A model generated the notes under the pieces. The model did no database searches. It had not been told where the DNA came from and worked only from the letters and a program-made list of their open reading frames with translations. From contig NC_068996.1 in NCBI RefSeq assembly GCF_001194135.2, positions 53,725,405 through 53,789,404 of the forward strand: a stretch of 64,000 nt of DNA, given 5' to 3'. Within the stretch, counting starts at the first letter, position 1. Each line of letters begins with the position of its first letter. Shown here in pieces: positions 1-12,860 of the stretch. The position numbers and the translations under genes were made by a program. This DNA comes from Octopus bimaculoides (Eukaryota).

Positions 1-38
1 TATAAAATGTATCGAGTGTTCTAATATTATGTAACATC

Positions 39-186
39 GGAGTGACTGTGTGGTAAGAAGCTTGCTTCCCAACTACATGGTTCTGGGTTCAGTCCCACTG
101 CGTGGCACCATGGGCAAGTGTCTTCTATAGCCTCAGGCCAACCAAAGCTTTGTAAGTGTATTTGGTAGACGGAAAGAATCTCGTTG

Positions 187-219
<33 letters not shown>

Positions 220-425
220 GTATGTATATATGCATGTGTTTGTCCCCCCCCACCATCGCTTGACAACCAATCCTAGTGTGTTTACGTCTCCATAACATAG
301 CGGTTTGGCAAAGAGACCGATAAAATAAGTACTAGGCTTACAAAGAATAAGTCCTGGGGTCGATATGTTCGACTAAAGGCGGTGCTCCAGCATGGCCACA
401 GTCAAATGACTGAAACAAGTAAAAG
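39..425 (+). mobile_element. SINE type B, near full length (tRNA-like head, internal TA/TATG microsatellite)
   Basis: Head GGAGTGACTGTGTGGTAAG...GGGTTCAGTCCC (A/B-box-like); tail CCAGCATGGCC...CAAATGACTGAAACAAGTAAAAGA; the same sequence recurs many times in the window. Confidence 0.9.
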
Positions 426-668
426 ATATTTATATAGATATAAATGGAGATTATACATACACGTACATATGTACATATATATGTATACATATATACTGTA
501 TATTTATACGCACACATACACACTACACACACACATAGTATATATAAATACATCCGTTAGATTTATAGATAGGTAGATAGATATACTCACACACACACAC
601 ACAGAGTGCGCGTGTGCATGTTTGTGTATTTGTGCATGTATGTGTGTAGGTGAATGTGTGCGTTTGAG

Positions 669-672
<4 letters not shown>

Positions 673-756
<84 letters not shown>
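673..756. repeat. (GA)n microsatellite
   Basis: Pure dinucleotide run. Confidence 0.98.
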
Positions 757-758
<2 letters not shown>

Positions 759-1668
759 ATGGTGGGTGGTGGAATAAATATATAAACTTATTTGATATTC
801 TGAAGCAGTTGCAAGATAATCGGAATGAACTGCGACAATTCTTTAAAATGTTATGTTATGATCCATTTCCAAGAATTGATAATAAAATCTGACAGACATT
901 TAACAACGATGTAAATATATAAACATTTCGTTGTTGCTATACTTTTCTCTCAGATTAGCTTTGATCAGTTGCACCTAGCCATAATCATCTCGTTTTTTGT
1001 ATACTAACGGTTAAATTGTTTGCTTCTTTAAGTCAGATTTGATGAATATTTATTTGGCTGATGTTTTTAGCAAATCGAGCGACCGCTTAGAAACCCAAAT
1101 CTCTTGCTGACTCAGCCATAGGTGTGTTGAATGTGAGGGGACAAGACGCTGAAAGCGCATTGGTGGAGATAAGATCATCTAAGAACAAAATATGTGTTCC
1201 GTTTTCGTTTGAAGTCACTTGGGATGTATGTTGGTGAAATAAGATCTTAGAATCTTAGAAGTACTCTGATCTGAGAGAGAAAGCACTCGCGGGGAAGTTG
1301 ATTCAAATTAAGTGAAATGTGTCATAGGCGTCACATGTTAAGATATACTATATCTTTATCTGTTGAAGTTCGTTACATGGAAAGGGATTTAGAAAAGCTG
1401 TTGTTTTTCCAGTGATTTAAGGATTGGCAAGAGACGTACGAAACACAAGCATGAACACTCATGCACAAACCCATACACTCCCATACGCATACACATAGAC
1501 ACAACTAAATTCAACACATATAACGTCGATTAAATCACATTCCATTTCAGAAGAGAAATGGACGAGAGGAAGGATAAACCGAGATCAAAGATAATTATAT
1601 TAGTTCCTCTTCCTTCTTTGGGGCTAACTCTCGTAGCTGCTGTGTGAAATCATTTCCAGATGTGGTCT

Positions 1669-1706
<38 letters not shown>

Positions 1707-2579
1707 TTCATTTCTTTTATCATTATGTATTTTGTTTTTTTTCATTCCTCACCTTCTGTTTAGTTTCTAATATTCAGCAGCCAAAGGGCCACCAGGGAGC
1801 TATTTTAAAAAGGGCCAACAGGGAACTATTTTAAAATTGGTCTATAAACAAAGATCTAATGTTACTTCAGTAGGTGGACAGTTTTTAGTGCTGAGATTCG
1901 TTATTTATAGGCCCCAATTTATTTAAGGTTTAAATTAGTTCGCTGTTGTTGCGTAGTCCCTGGTCAGCCCCAACCAAACACACGTAGGGCATGTAAATAA
2001 TCGGTAGGAAAGATATAATCCACAGATCCATATCTCCGGATATTTCATATTTCCATCTAAATTCTAATCTGTAGCAGTTAATGGGTGGCATAGTTTCCAA
2101 TCCACGACAAACACAGCTGGGAGTGTTCCCAGCCCTTTACAATATACAATAGACGCCTGTCATGAAAGAGCAAGCAAGTCTGGCATGTATATATAAGTCT
2201 CGGGCGATTTGTCTCCTATCCACTTACCATCGACCGTATCTCAGCCTCTCTCATTGGATTTTTCGCAACAATTCGCTTGTTCTACCGACACACGTGGCCT
2301 ATCGTCTCAAGTCCATCATTGCCCCTAAACAGTTGTATAAAGTGCAGCTGGAAAACCTAAAACATCAGTCTGAGACCGAATAGTTGAATAACGTACGTAT
2401 ATCGTTGTCCGCCATAAACTCGATTCGGGCTTTCACTGCTACCTGCGCCCTCATTTCCAAGAACATGTGCATCAGCTCTGACAACGCAAATTCCTTTTGT
2501 GTCGAATAAATGGTCGTATGATTTTTCTTCGTTGCTATCCCCTTATCCTATTCCCTCTATTAAACTTCTATTCCCACCA

Positions 2580-2790
2580 CTTCAAGAGGAAGAAGTGGAA
2601 AAAGAGGAAGAGGGGAAGGAAGAAGTAAACGAGAAAAGAAGTAAGTGAAGGAAATAAAATTGACGAAAAAGAAGCAGGTTGAAGAGAAGGAAGATGAGAA
2701 AATGAGAGGAAATGAGAGGAGGACAGGAAGGGAGGAAAAGGAAAAGAAGTTTGGGAGAAACAAGCAAGAGGAAGAAGGAAGAAAGAAATG
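2580..2790. repeat. Purine-rich (GAA/GGA) low-complexity tract
   Basis: Almost only A/G on the + strand; it produces the F/L/S-rich minus-strand ORFs. Confidence 0.85.
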
Positions 2791-3464
2791 GATAAAAGTA
2801 TTTCTTTTTTGTTTAAAATGGTGATTCATTCTGAAGATGAAGTAGTTTATTCATTAAACACATACACAAAACAGTCTGTTTAGAACAGAAGGCTTTTTTT
2901 TATTGACTTCTTGTGGTTTAAACATATCAAATATTTTTTTCGTAACTTCATTTAATGCAAGATTTTTTACATTATAAAGATAAGCTAGTATTTAAAAAGT
3001 TTTACATACAAAAGTATATTATATGTTTAAACATATATGGTCTTGTGAAATTAAATTCGTGGGTATATCACAATTTCTCAATAGTACTGAGGCAGCACAG
3101 AAATTTTTTTGTAGTTTCCTTTATTCCGAAGTAGGACAGTGTTTCAAAAACATGTACATTTGTATAATGACTTGTGAAAAAAAAAAAAAAAGTTTAAGCT
3201 GTCTTTGTGCAACGGTTCTCAAACTAACAAATATCAGATCAAGGCGAAAATATTGGTGAAGTTTTACCCTCCTCTTCTTTATTAATGAGAAAACGAGACA
3301 GAATTATATGAACCCATCCATATAATTCTACTTTCTTTACCTTGGGCATGGACGAGTTTAAAATTTTAAGCCCATATTAATTTTGTCGATCATATAAACA
3401 GTCAAATAAAGGAATAGGTTTAATTGAGTGTGCCCTCAATTGTGCGAAAGATTTGAATAACAAA

Positions 3465-3954
3465 AACAGACACTTTCCTCTTTGGCCAAGGCCTCATCAA
3501 CTTTTTCAAGTTCCACTTGAAAAGGAAGATGAAAGTAGAGAGGGAAGTGCTGTCTCATAGCAAATTCGTTGAAAGATGGGTGACTGTTGGAAGAATGGCC
3601 AGTATAAACGGACCAATTCTGAGAATACACCTGTAGAAAAAAAAAAAAAAGGTCATGTAAAAGGAGAAAGGGCTCTATACCCCTTCCTTATTTTATCTGA
3701 CCAGGTTCCAGTGGTTTTATGGGTTTTTCCACGTGTAACCTTTTCTTTTTCGAAGCACCTCCCCCTTTGGGAGTTCTACTTATTTATTTATCTATTTATC
3801 TATCTAGTTATTTATTATATCTTTCTCTGTTTTCTTCCTCTGTTTAGACGAACTTTCCTACCTTTTCGGACAAAACCTTTTGTAACCTTCGTCCTATCTT
3901 TGTCCTTATATGTTTTCAATTGATATTAGCCCTTGTGGCCAATAAAACGAATTA

Positions 3955-3955
<1 letters not shown>
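3465..3955 (+). mobile_element. L1/Tx1-like LINE 3' end (ORF2 C-terminus plus 3' UTR)
   Basis: Translates as GQGLINFFKFHLKRKMKVEREVLSHSKFVERWV...*, followed by a pyrimidine-rich UTR ending AGCCCTTGTGGCCAATAAA and (ATT)n. Homologous to the minus copy at 44431-45010. Clade assignment is from memory of L1/Tx1 C-termini. Confidence 0.7.
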
Positions 3956-3986
<31 letters not shown>

Positions 3987-4556
3987 CCAAACTCCGCCGG
4001 TGTCGACTTTGCCTTTCACCCTTTCGGGACCGATGAAATATATACCAGTTGAATACTGACGTCGATGTAATTGACTAGCCCCCACTCCCCTCAAAATTTC
4101 AGGCCTTGTGCCTATAGTAGAAAGAATTATTATTATTATTATTATTATTATTAAAGTGGGTAGCTGACAGAATCGTTGTCAGGCCGGATGAAATGCTTAG
4201 CGTTATTTAGTCTGAGTTCAAATTTCGCCATGGTCGACTTTGCCTTTCATCCTTTCGGGGTCGATGAAATAAGTACCAGTTACGCACTGGGGTCGACGTA
4301 ATCGATTAGCCCCCTCCCCCAACCCCAAATTTTCATATCCATGTGCCTAGAGTAGAAATAAATAATTACTAAGGCAGTGAGCTGGCAGAATCGTTAGCAC
4401 GCCGGTCAAAATGCTTAGCGGCATTTCGTTCGTCCTTACGTTCTGAGTTCGAATTTTGCCGAGGTCGACTTTGTCTTTCATCCTTTCGGGATCAATGAAA
4501 TCGGTTAGCCCCTCTCCATAAAATTTCAGGCCTTGTGCCTATAGTAGAGAGGATTA
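3987..4556 (+). mobile_element. Three head-to-tail SINE type A copies separated by (ATT)n
   Basis: Each contains GGTCGACTTTGCCTTTCATCCTTTCGGG; two have the head GAGCTGGCAGAATCGTTAG...GAGTTCAAAT; the first is 5' truncated. Confidence 0.92.
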
Positions 4557-5598
4557 TTATTATTATTAATTTTATTATCATTATCGATGTCGGTAAATAG
4601 TAGAAGCGGCAATGACTGATAAAAAGTGCTTAGGATTGCCTGTACATGGAAACATAGATAGTAAAGCGCGTGTTAACATACAAAGTACTGTAAAATAGAT
4701 TCTAATCAACGATACAGTAGCAACTGAGTACAATTTGGTATTTTTAGTAAACAGTAGTCCAATAGTAGGTATAAAGTTATAGAATGATTAGCGAGATATT
4801 GATTTTTTTTTTTATGAATGAAAAACCGAGTGACCGGGTAAGTGAGAATGACTGTCGAAAAATACATTGAAAGTGGGTGCTAACATGCTCTATGTAGAAA
4901 GCTATTATATTTTAATAAAAATTACAACCTTATGGATATAAACAATCATAATCTTAATGATTAATTTTATGTGTGTAGGTGGGTGGGTAGTGGGAGACAG
5001 AAGAGATATATTTCGAACATAATTTGGCCGCAGTGATTCATTTCACTGATATGGAACCGGTAAACTGAACAATTTTAAATCACGTGTTGGAAAATAAATA
5101 CAGCTGTGATTACAATTGTCCAGGCAATTAGGGAGGTCAAATATTCTTCGTATGCTAGTCGACTCATTCAAAACATTCTTTCTCTTTAGTAAATTGTAGC
5201 TGTTTCTAACCCGATTCCCTCTCCCTAACTTTTCATTTTATATTGTCTCCTTCACCGCACACGAAGTCACAATTTGTCCCGTATCAGAATCGGCCACCTG
5301 GTCAGTCAAGACCACCAACCCTTTTTGCTCCTCACATTTCATGTTTAGCAGTACACACTGACTGTCTATTCTTTAACAGTTCACTTGGCTTGTTTCCGTT
5401 CATCACTGACTAAACTTCCTTCTGACACGTCACACCAGCCATGTATCATTGACTTTGTGTATGAAATTGCTATAACCGTAAGTCACATAGCTACAAGGGG
5501 GAAGGAAAAGTTGTCGCCCTGACTCGCTGAGCTCTAAACTCTACTCTATGCTACTCGCGAGACTTTCGTTAATAACAATTCCTGTTGCGGTTAGTATT

Positions 5599-5925
5599 AC
5601 GGCGCATGGCTCAGTGGTTAGAGCGTCGGGCACACATGAGGTAGTGAGTTCGAGTCCTGGACCGCGTTGTGTTCTTGAGCAAGACACTTTATTTCATGTT
5701 GCTCCAATTCACTCAGCTGTAGGAAACAAGTTGTAACATCACGGGTGCCACGTCGTATCGGCCCCTTTGCCTTTCCCTTGGATAACATCGGTGGTGTGGA
5801 GAGGGGAGGCTGTTATGCATGGGCGACTGCTGGTCTTTCACAAATAATCTTACCCAGACTTGTGCCTTTGAGGGTAACTTTCTAGGTGCAATCTCATGGT
5901 CATTCTTGACCGAAGGTGCTTTTTA
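5599..5925 (+). mobile_element. SINE type C (tRNA head, TTGAGCAAGACACTT core)
   Basis: A box GGCTCAGTGG and B box GAGTTCGAGTCC; a second full copy lies at 32688-33020. Confidence 0.88.
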
Positions 5926-6130
5926 CCTTATATTTCACTTCACTTTGTCCAATAATTCTCATACCAATCAACCGGATGGCCTTTCTTTAAAAGGGGTCAA
6001 AGGGGCCTGCATTAGTACCAGCCAAGATGTGAGATCAGTACACAATTGTGGGCCTCACTTGTGCTTTGTAGGCAGTTAGCTGTTGTTGGTAGCCGATGCA
6101 TCTGGACATGAAGAGGAAGCAGACTCATTG

Positions 6131-6623
6131 CTATATTACGTTGTGTTCGCCAGAAGAGATCTGCATTGATTGTGAAACCCCAGCATTTCTAACGATCTTG
6201 AGGATAATTATTGCGTGTTGTTCATGTTTAGAGGGGACAAATTGCTTTATTGCCGTGAATGGATATCTTTGAGCTCTGGAAGAAGAGGAGAATAGCATAG
6301 CCTCATTGGAGGTGTTTACTAACTCTCTGTTCATGGAATCAGTGTAAGTTTGGCATGAGACGTCAAAATTGAATGTGGATGGTTTATGGGCACGGAATAT
6401 TAGGAAAGGAGTAACTGGAATCACCATCATCCTCATTGTTGGAGGTGATTGCAAGTCGTTGTATAGCAGGAAGAACGTGAGAAAAAACCGAATTTTGGGA
6501 CATCCCATAGTCAACAATGTGTAGCACAGGGTGAACTCCATCAGCATACATTTTGATGGTGCAATCTAACAGAAAGCCTTCGCTGTTAAAGATTAGAAAT
6601 GGATAGAACTCTTGGACAGGCAA
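6131..6623 (-). other. Candidate exon with two overlapping ORFs (unidentified)
   Basis: Acceptor tatacgttttcAG before 6623; frame A is open 6623-6384 (LPVQEFYPF...NIPCP*), frame B is open 6547-6131 (138 aa). Unique sequence, GC higher than the flanks. No homolog recognised. Confidence 0.3.
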
Positions 6624-6722
6624 CTGAAAACGTATAAGCATTGCACACCTACATATACCCCAACCCATACAACACGCTTAACTGAGTGCATGTGTGCATA
6701 TGCACATTCAAATTGAAACATA

Positions 6723-6724
<2 letters not shown>

Positions 6725-6806
<82 letters not shown>
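6725..6806. repeat. (TA)n(TG)n compound microsatellite
   Basis: Direct reading. Confidence 0.97.
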
Positions 6807-6807
<1 letters not shown>

Positions 6808-7370
6808 AAATAATATATGCAAGCGCTGCATATTTTTATAAATACATACAAATTCATAAAGAAACCAGTAAAGGAGAAGTTCTGGTTTATGTGTCCTGCT
6901 ATGTTTGCAACTAGATTCAGGCTAGTGGCATGATGATAGACAGCTGTAGTCGTTGCTCGCCAACCCGCTGTTCTGAACTATAAATTGCAGCACCGGATTT
7001 CATTTTTAAAAATTCGTTTAGTCTGAAGAAAGAAGCCCGTCTTGATCAAGTGCAAGCTGTCGGTTGTAGGAACGGGATGCACAAAAGAGAGGGGAGAATC
7101 CAGAGGATCGATGTGAAGAATCTAGATAATAGTTGGCATAATACTGTTGACAAGAGGAAGAAACACGGATGAGACGGGTTTGTCTGAGTAGAAATGGCAA
7201 GAAATAGTCAGATTCGATGAGCTGAAGTCACTGTAGTAGCAGTAGAAACAGCAGAGAGAAAGAAAAAGAGAATGAAAGAGAGGGAGAGAGAGAGAGTGGG
7301 GAGAGGAAATAGCTCTTGTGTGGTTTAGGGAATAAAGTATTTTGGTGCTGTTAACTTTAGGGATTCTCCG

Positions 7371-7384
7371 TGATGACGTGGCAC
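7371..7384. promoter_or_regulatory. CREB3/XBP1-type bZIP site TGATGACGTGGCAC
   Basis: The reverse complement GTGCCACGTCATCA matches the CREB3/CREB3L/XBP1 consensus (TGCCACGTCATC); it lies in unique sequence beside a purine-rich, 5'-UTR-like tract. Function untested. Confidence 0.35.
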
Positions 7385-8130
7385 AACATTTGTTGCGAAA
7401 AGTAGAAAAGTTCCACCGTTTTAGTGAACAGATTAAATCGCAGTCAAAGTTTTAAGAATTATTAGTCTAACTATTTTCTTTGTCTGCTTCCAAGTAAAAG
7501 AAAATTCAGCAGCACTCGAAACGCCTGAGTAACTCCGTTACGGAAAGATGATAATATCTTCAAAATAAGAAAGAAAAAAAAATGAGGAAAGTAACATAAA
7601 CAAAATAAAAAAAATATATAGGTAAATAATTAAAGAAGTGGTAGGGGCATGTAGTGCGAATAGCTACATGAAAATTTTTCGTAGCAAAAGAAAGAAACTG
7701 GAATTGTTTTGGAAATTGAAAAATTGAGAAAATACTGCAAACTTAACATCAACATCTCTGGTTCAAAGAAGAAAACTATTGAAACCACTTTTTGTTTTTT
7801 TAGAAAAGGAAGTTTTTATTATGCGTTTTGGGGGGCAACCCTAAGCCTTATATTTACGTAAACCGAAATATATTGCAAAGTAGTATTTACATGTAAGGAT
7901 AAATGGAAGGATTATTTAGGAGCAGAAGATAACGTGTGAAAAACATCTTTGAATAATGGTAACGAGTAAAAACAAAAACTAATTCAACTGAAATAGCAAG
8001 GAAGTTGAATTTAAATATTTACGTAGAAGAATAATGGAAAAATGTGAATTTTAGGATTAATTGAAGTGAAAAATCAAATCGTGTTAGAGTAGTAAGCTTT
8101 AACTGTTTGGGAAGAGCAAATGATTGAATT

Positions 8131-8255
8131 TCTTTTTACTTTGTAAGCCTAGTACTTATTCTATCGGACTCTTTTGCCGAACCGCTATGTCACGGGGACG
8201 CAAACACACCAGCATCAGTTGTCAAGCGATGTTGGCGGGGGGGGGGACAAACACA

Positions 8256-8318
<63 letters not shown>

Positions 8319-8445
8319 GACAGGCTTCTTTCAGTTTCCGTCTACCAAACCCACTTACAAGGCTTTGGTCGGCTCGAGGCTATAGTAGAAGACACTTGTC
8401 CAAGGTGCCACGCAGTGGGACTGAACCCGGAACCATGTGGTTGCC
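8131..8445 (-). mobile_element. SINE type B with internal (CA)n
   Basis: Reverse complement of the 39-425 element. Confidence 0.9.
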
Positions 8446-8532
8446 TGAGAATTATGAACGTTGGATGTTGAAAATGAGAAAAGGATCATAGCCTTTGAAA
8501 TATAATGCTACAAAATGAAGAGTTTCGCATTT

Positions 8533-8745
8533 CAGGAGTGGCTGTGTGGTAAATTAAGTACCAGTTACGCACTGGGTCGATATAATCGACTTAATCTCTT
8601 TGTCTGTCTTTGTTTGTCCCCTCTATGTTTAGCCCCTTGTGGGCAATAAAGAAATAAAAAGAAATAAGAGAATAAGTCTAGAGGTCGATTTCTTCGACTA
8701 AAAGGTGGTGCTCCAGCATGGCCTCAGTCAAATGACTGCAACATT
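8533..8745 (+). mobile_element. Chimeric SINE: type B head stub, type A 3' half with Tx1-like tail, type B tail
   Basis: GGAGTGGCTGTGTGGTAA is joined to ATTAAGTACCAG...AGCCCCTTGTGGGCAATAAAG, then to GGTCGATTTCTTCGACTAAAAGGTGGTGCTCCAGCATGG. Confidence 0.75.
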
Positions 8746-10902
8746 GAAGTAACGGGAGCTTTGGAAAAGAAATGTTTGGGAGGTCTGCAAACTACTGAAC
8801 CCTTTCTTCTTTAACTTGCTAAAAGATTAAAAGAAAAAAAATGGAGCTTAATCATGTTGTATAACACGAAGACACCATGTCTCTAACAAATATTATTGTA
8901 CATTGATAAAACCCTAATGAAAGAGGAGCAGGAGGAAGGGAACGGCTGAGCAAGATCACCGAATGGAGAAGAAGAAAGACGGCAGAAAACATGAAATTTG
9001 CTGATGATCAGGAAACAGATTTGTAGAAAGGTTGTGTCTCTTGCTGTGCACTTATGGCCTCCTCTAGCTATGGATTTAATTGATGATTGATTGTAGCATA
9101 TGTTGCTGACTCAGAGGCAGGAAATATCAACAGCTGCTTTTACAAGTCATTGAATCAACATTTCTAGCCATGTGTAGATTTTAAGGAAATATCGAATTAG
9201 AAAAACAGACAAAATACGCATACATACATCATGCGCGCGCGAACACACACACACACACACACACACATGGACGTGCAGTGTAAATATAAAAGGTTCTTTA
9301 TAAACTCTTACCTTTGGTTTCTGTTTAGCGTGGATGAAATAAACCAGGTAGTTTTGATAAATATTTCGTTGTTAAATCCAATTATGTCATTTTTCTTTCG
9401 AATTCTTTTCGCTTTCCCGTCTTATATTGATTTTTCTGTTTTCTAATTGTTTCTTTTCTTTCGAAAAAATAGCTTTTTTTTCTTGACTCTTTCTAAGGTA
9501 TTCATGAACTCGACAGGGTACCACTCAAATAATCGAAAGGAAAAAAAGAATATGATCGACACATAAAATACAATTAAATCAAATAAATAAATATAAATTA
9601 AAAAAATATAATGCCCCAGCATGGCCACAGCCTTTGGGTTGAAACGCATAAAATAATAAAAACAAGAACGAGGTGCCTTCGGAAGCTAGAAAATCGTTAT
9701 AAAATATCTCATACAATTATAAAACGATTTAAAAAGTTTATAAAGGATAATTTATACAAACAGAACTACCCCTCCCCACACACGCATACACAAAGCCGAA
9801 AAACAAAAGAGGCAAAAGAACAACCGAAAAACAAATCTTTGTTGTGGAAACCAACAAATATAAAAGAAATTCTTTGATAATGGAAACTATTTGCAGTAAC
9901 TATTAAAATAAATTCAAATCTAAGCTGAAAATGAAGTGAATGTGTTAGTGGCTTACCATCTAATTATATTTAAGCACAGCTTTTAACCTTTTTACATATT
10001 CCCATCTAAACAGTTCCTTCATGCTACTTTATCTTATCCTGATCTGCTAAACTGACATAATTATAGCTTTCTGCTTTATGATTTCCTCTTTTCGTTATTA
10101 AATCTGCAGAGGTTTAATACAAAACCCATTATCTTCATTATTTAATCTATGTGTTAGTGATTTAAAATGTATGTTTGAGCTTAGTTCTTCACGAACAGTT
10201 TCACGCCATCTATAAACAGAAAATAACTTACTTAATGCACCCTGTTTTCTATAATGTACTTATCCTTTACTACACAGGAAGAAAATAAAAAGCCGTGCTG
10301 AAGGCAAATAAAAAAACAAAACAAAAATAAAATGAAATAAAAAAAAAAGCGAAAAAAAAAAAGACCGAGAAAGAGCAAAGTATTAACCTGAAATATTCCC
10401 ATTATTGACCTCAATACTTCGTCTACTCCTTCACCAAAAACAACTGTATAATATTTAGTTCCGTCTTTTTGCTTCCCGAGTAGAAACTCTGCCGGTTCTT
10501 TATTTTATTAAAAGATAAGCGAGTACATTGTCTACAATTTGCGATACGTGGCGTCACTCTTTACGAATCTGTAATCTGTATAGTAAAATTAGATAAAACA
10601 TTAAGAAAGTTACTGAAAGCTGAATGCATCGTTTCCAGCGTAAATAGCCTCCAGGGCACGGAATAAGGAATTACTGAAAACTGCCATCATGGCTTTATTT
10701 TCAACGGATAGTGCAAGTGTTTTAAAGGAGAAATTAAGGAGGAATATTTTTATTTGACTTAGGAATTAATGTAAAACAGAGTAAAAGTATCAGTAGGTTT
10801 ACAATCATTGACAAAACTATGAGAGTAGCTTTCGACCCTTTAATGCATTAAATGTTAAAGCACTTGAGCTTCGAAATGAAGCTACAAAATCTTTGTCTAA
10901 CT

Positions 10903-11359
10903 CAGTGGTTCTTAACCGGAATCCATGTGGCCCCTGAGGGTCCATACAAGATTTTTTGGGGTCAACGAAACAAAATAGTAAATTGGGGATCCACAGTAAT
11001 ATTTGAAGGGTCCCTGAAAAAAATTTTGTTTTAGATGTATGTAATTGGTATGTATTTCAAGAAACAGCTAGGTTTCCGTCTTTAACATTTTACATAGTTA
11101 AACCGGCAGAGATAAAAAATACGCACACCACCCGTTTTCGGCGTAACAAAACCCCTAATCCTAACCCTAAACCTAAACACCGGGTGTACGTATTCTTTAC
11201 TTTCGCCAGTTAAACCTACAAAAGTTCATGTACGGAAAACAAAATACGAATCCGGAAAGAAGTTTCCATAAAATATCGAATGGCTATGGAGGTCCACCAG
11301 AATAAAATAGTAATCAAAGAGGTCCATAGATTAAAAAAAAAAATGGTTGAGAACCTGTG
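10903..11359. mobile_element. hAT/Charlie-like MITE
   Basis: Ends CAGTGGTTCTTAACC ... GGTTGAGAACCTGTG are imperfect TIRs; a related copy lies in opposite orientation at 59067-59334. Confidence 0.7.
11105..11207. mobile_element. 103-bp MITE with 9-bp TSD (Mutator-like), nested in the hAT MITE
   Basis: AGTTAAACC at 11096-11104 and 11208-11216; 25-bp TIRs starting GGC (19/25 match); CCCTAA-like spacer. Confidence 0.7.
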
Positions 11360-11544
11360 GTCAATCGTCAGGTAGCGATAAAACTACAACACTCACTGTT
11401 GTCTGATCTTAAGGTGCCCTTGACATTTTGTTGAGCTGTTTTTGGAGACAGAGGACTTCAAAGTCTACATTAGCGGGAGAAACACAAGCAAGGACAAGAG
11501 CAAGTGTGATAACTTATGTACTTATGGTTTTCATAGCCATATCT

Positions 11545-11795
11545 TTTACCTTTTACTTGTTTCAGTCATTGGACTGCAGTCATGCTGGAACACCGCCTTA
11601 AGTTTTAGTCGAACGAATTGACCGCGGTACTTTACTTTTTAATGAATATTACTTATTCGTGGTCCAGCATGGCCGCAGTCAAATGACTGAAACAAGTAAA
11701 AGAATAAAAGAATCCTGTTACTCTCGTTTGCCAAACCGCAAAATTACGAGGACGTAAGAAAACTGAACACCAATTGTCAAGCAGTGGCGGTGGGA
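11545..11795. mobile_element. Rearranged SINE type B fragments with an inverted tail pair
   Basis: Tail on minus at 11551-11589, tail on plus at 11663-11701, then a minus middle fragment. Confidence 0.8.
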
Positions 11796-12530
11796 CATTC
11801 ACATATCCACACTCACATATGTAAACAAACAAGACATACACTATGAATGAGTGACCGATGTTTGCACACACACACACACACGCGCGCACGCGAGTGAGTG
11901 GACAAACGAAAGAAAAAGGCATAGTAAGAGTTACATATATTATTATTTAAAACAGAACGACTCGGTTCCAGCAACTTAAAGTTTCGTAGGTCCCTTTGCA
12001 GAAACCTTCGAACAGTTGGTAATCTGAGCAAGAACGAGCTAGGTTTCTATAAGAATCCTACGTAACTCTAAGTCGCATAGAGCCGAATTAAACCGTCTTA
12101 AATAATAGTCTTCGTAACGTAGCGGTTCGGTAAAAGTGAACGATAGAATAAGTACTAGGTTTAGAAAAAAAAACAAGTTCTGGGGTCGACAGCCGCAGCC
12201 AAATGAATGAAGGAAGTAAAAGGATGAAAGAAGAGAAAAAAGAATATATATTCACACGACTGGAGATATATTAATTGTTTTACACAAATTAAGAACATTT
12301 ATCTGATATCAGCTTTTACTCCTTGTGATATATGGCTACTCATATGCAAACATGGGCTGAGACTGCAGGCTCTACAGTAATTTCGATTTATGAACAGACA
12401 AGTCACGTTTCACGTGGTATGCCTTCGCATGCTCATTACGTTGACCAAAATGCAAACTCAGGCCAAGTGTTTATCGAGTAACCGAAGAGCCTTCCTGATG
12501 ATTAACAAATCGAGAACTTACTAAATTACG

Positions 12531-12860
12531 GAGATGTACTTGCATAGCAAGTGACTTGATCTGAGATCGTGTGATGAAACAAAAACAATTGCAACGTAGA
12601 AGATATTTGTAAGCTATTCGAGAACACACAAAAAACCGTTAGTTTCATTTCAACATTTAATTTTTATTTGTGTCAAAATATGTTCGTCGCTTTGAAACCG
12701 CTATCTGTTCACTGACAAAATTTGATGCAGCGCCAATTTTTGTCGCAGTTTCAAAACGACGAAAATATTTTGATACAAATGAAAATTAAATGTTGAAGTG
12801 AAACTTACTGTTTTTCGGTGTTTTTGAATGGCTTACAAATATCTTCCACACTGGAACTTA
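12531..12860. mobile_element. Foldback/palindromic MITE-like element
   Basis: About 100-bp inverted arms at 12599-12698 and 12748-12846 around a roughly 50-bp spacer. Confidence 0.8.

Noticed and set aside
1090-1230. Open frame KPKSLADSAIGVLNVRG...FSFEVTWD with a GTATGT donor
   Set aside because: Weak acceptor and no homology; VTW lies upstream of the NIDO exon, which is the wrong order for a NIDO gene.
1784-1836. 26-bp x2 tandem repeat
   Set aside because: Only two copies; probably a fragment of a decayed MITE, with no further structure.
2116-2133. GCTGGGA-GTGT-TCCCAGC hairpin as a Helitron end or terminator
   Set aside because: No CTRR end at the expected distance and no other Helitron features.
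5599-5670. SINE heads as functional tRNA genes
   Set aside because: A and B boxes are present, but there is no closed acceptor stem and each continues into a SINE body.
6384-6623. LPVQEFYPF as the missing N-terminal NIDO exon
   Set aside because: Wrong strand relative to 16979, and it lacks the following G..GD...DD and FxFF/Y motifs.
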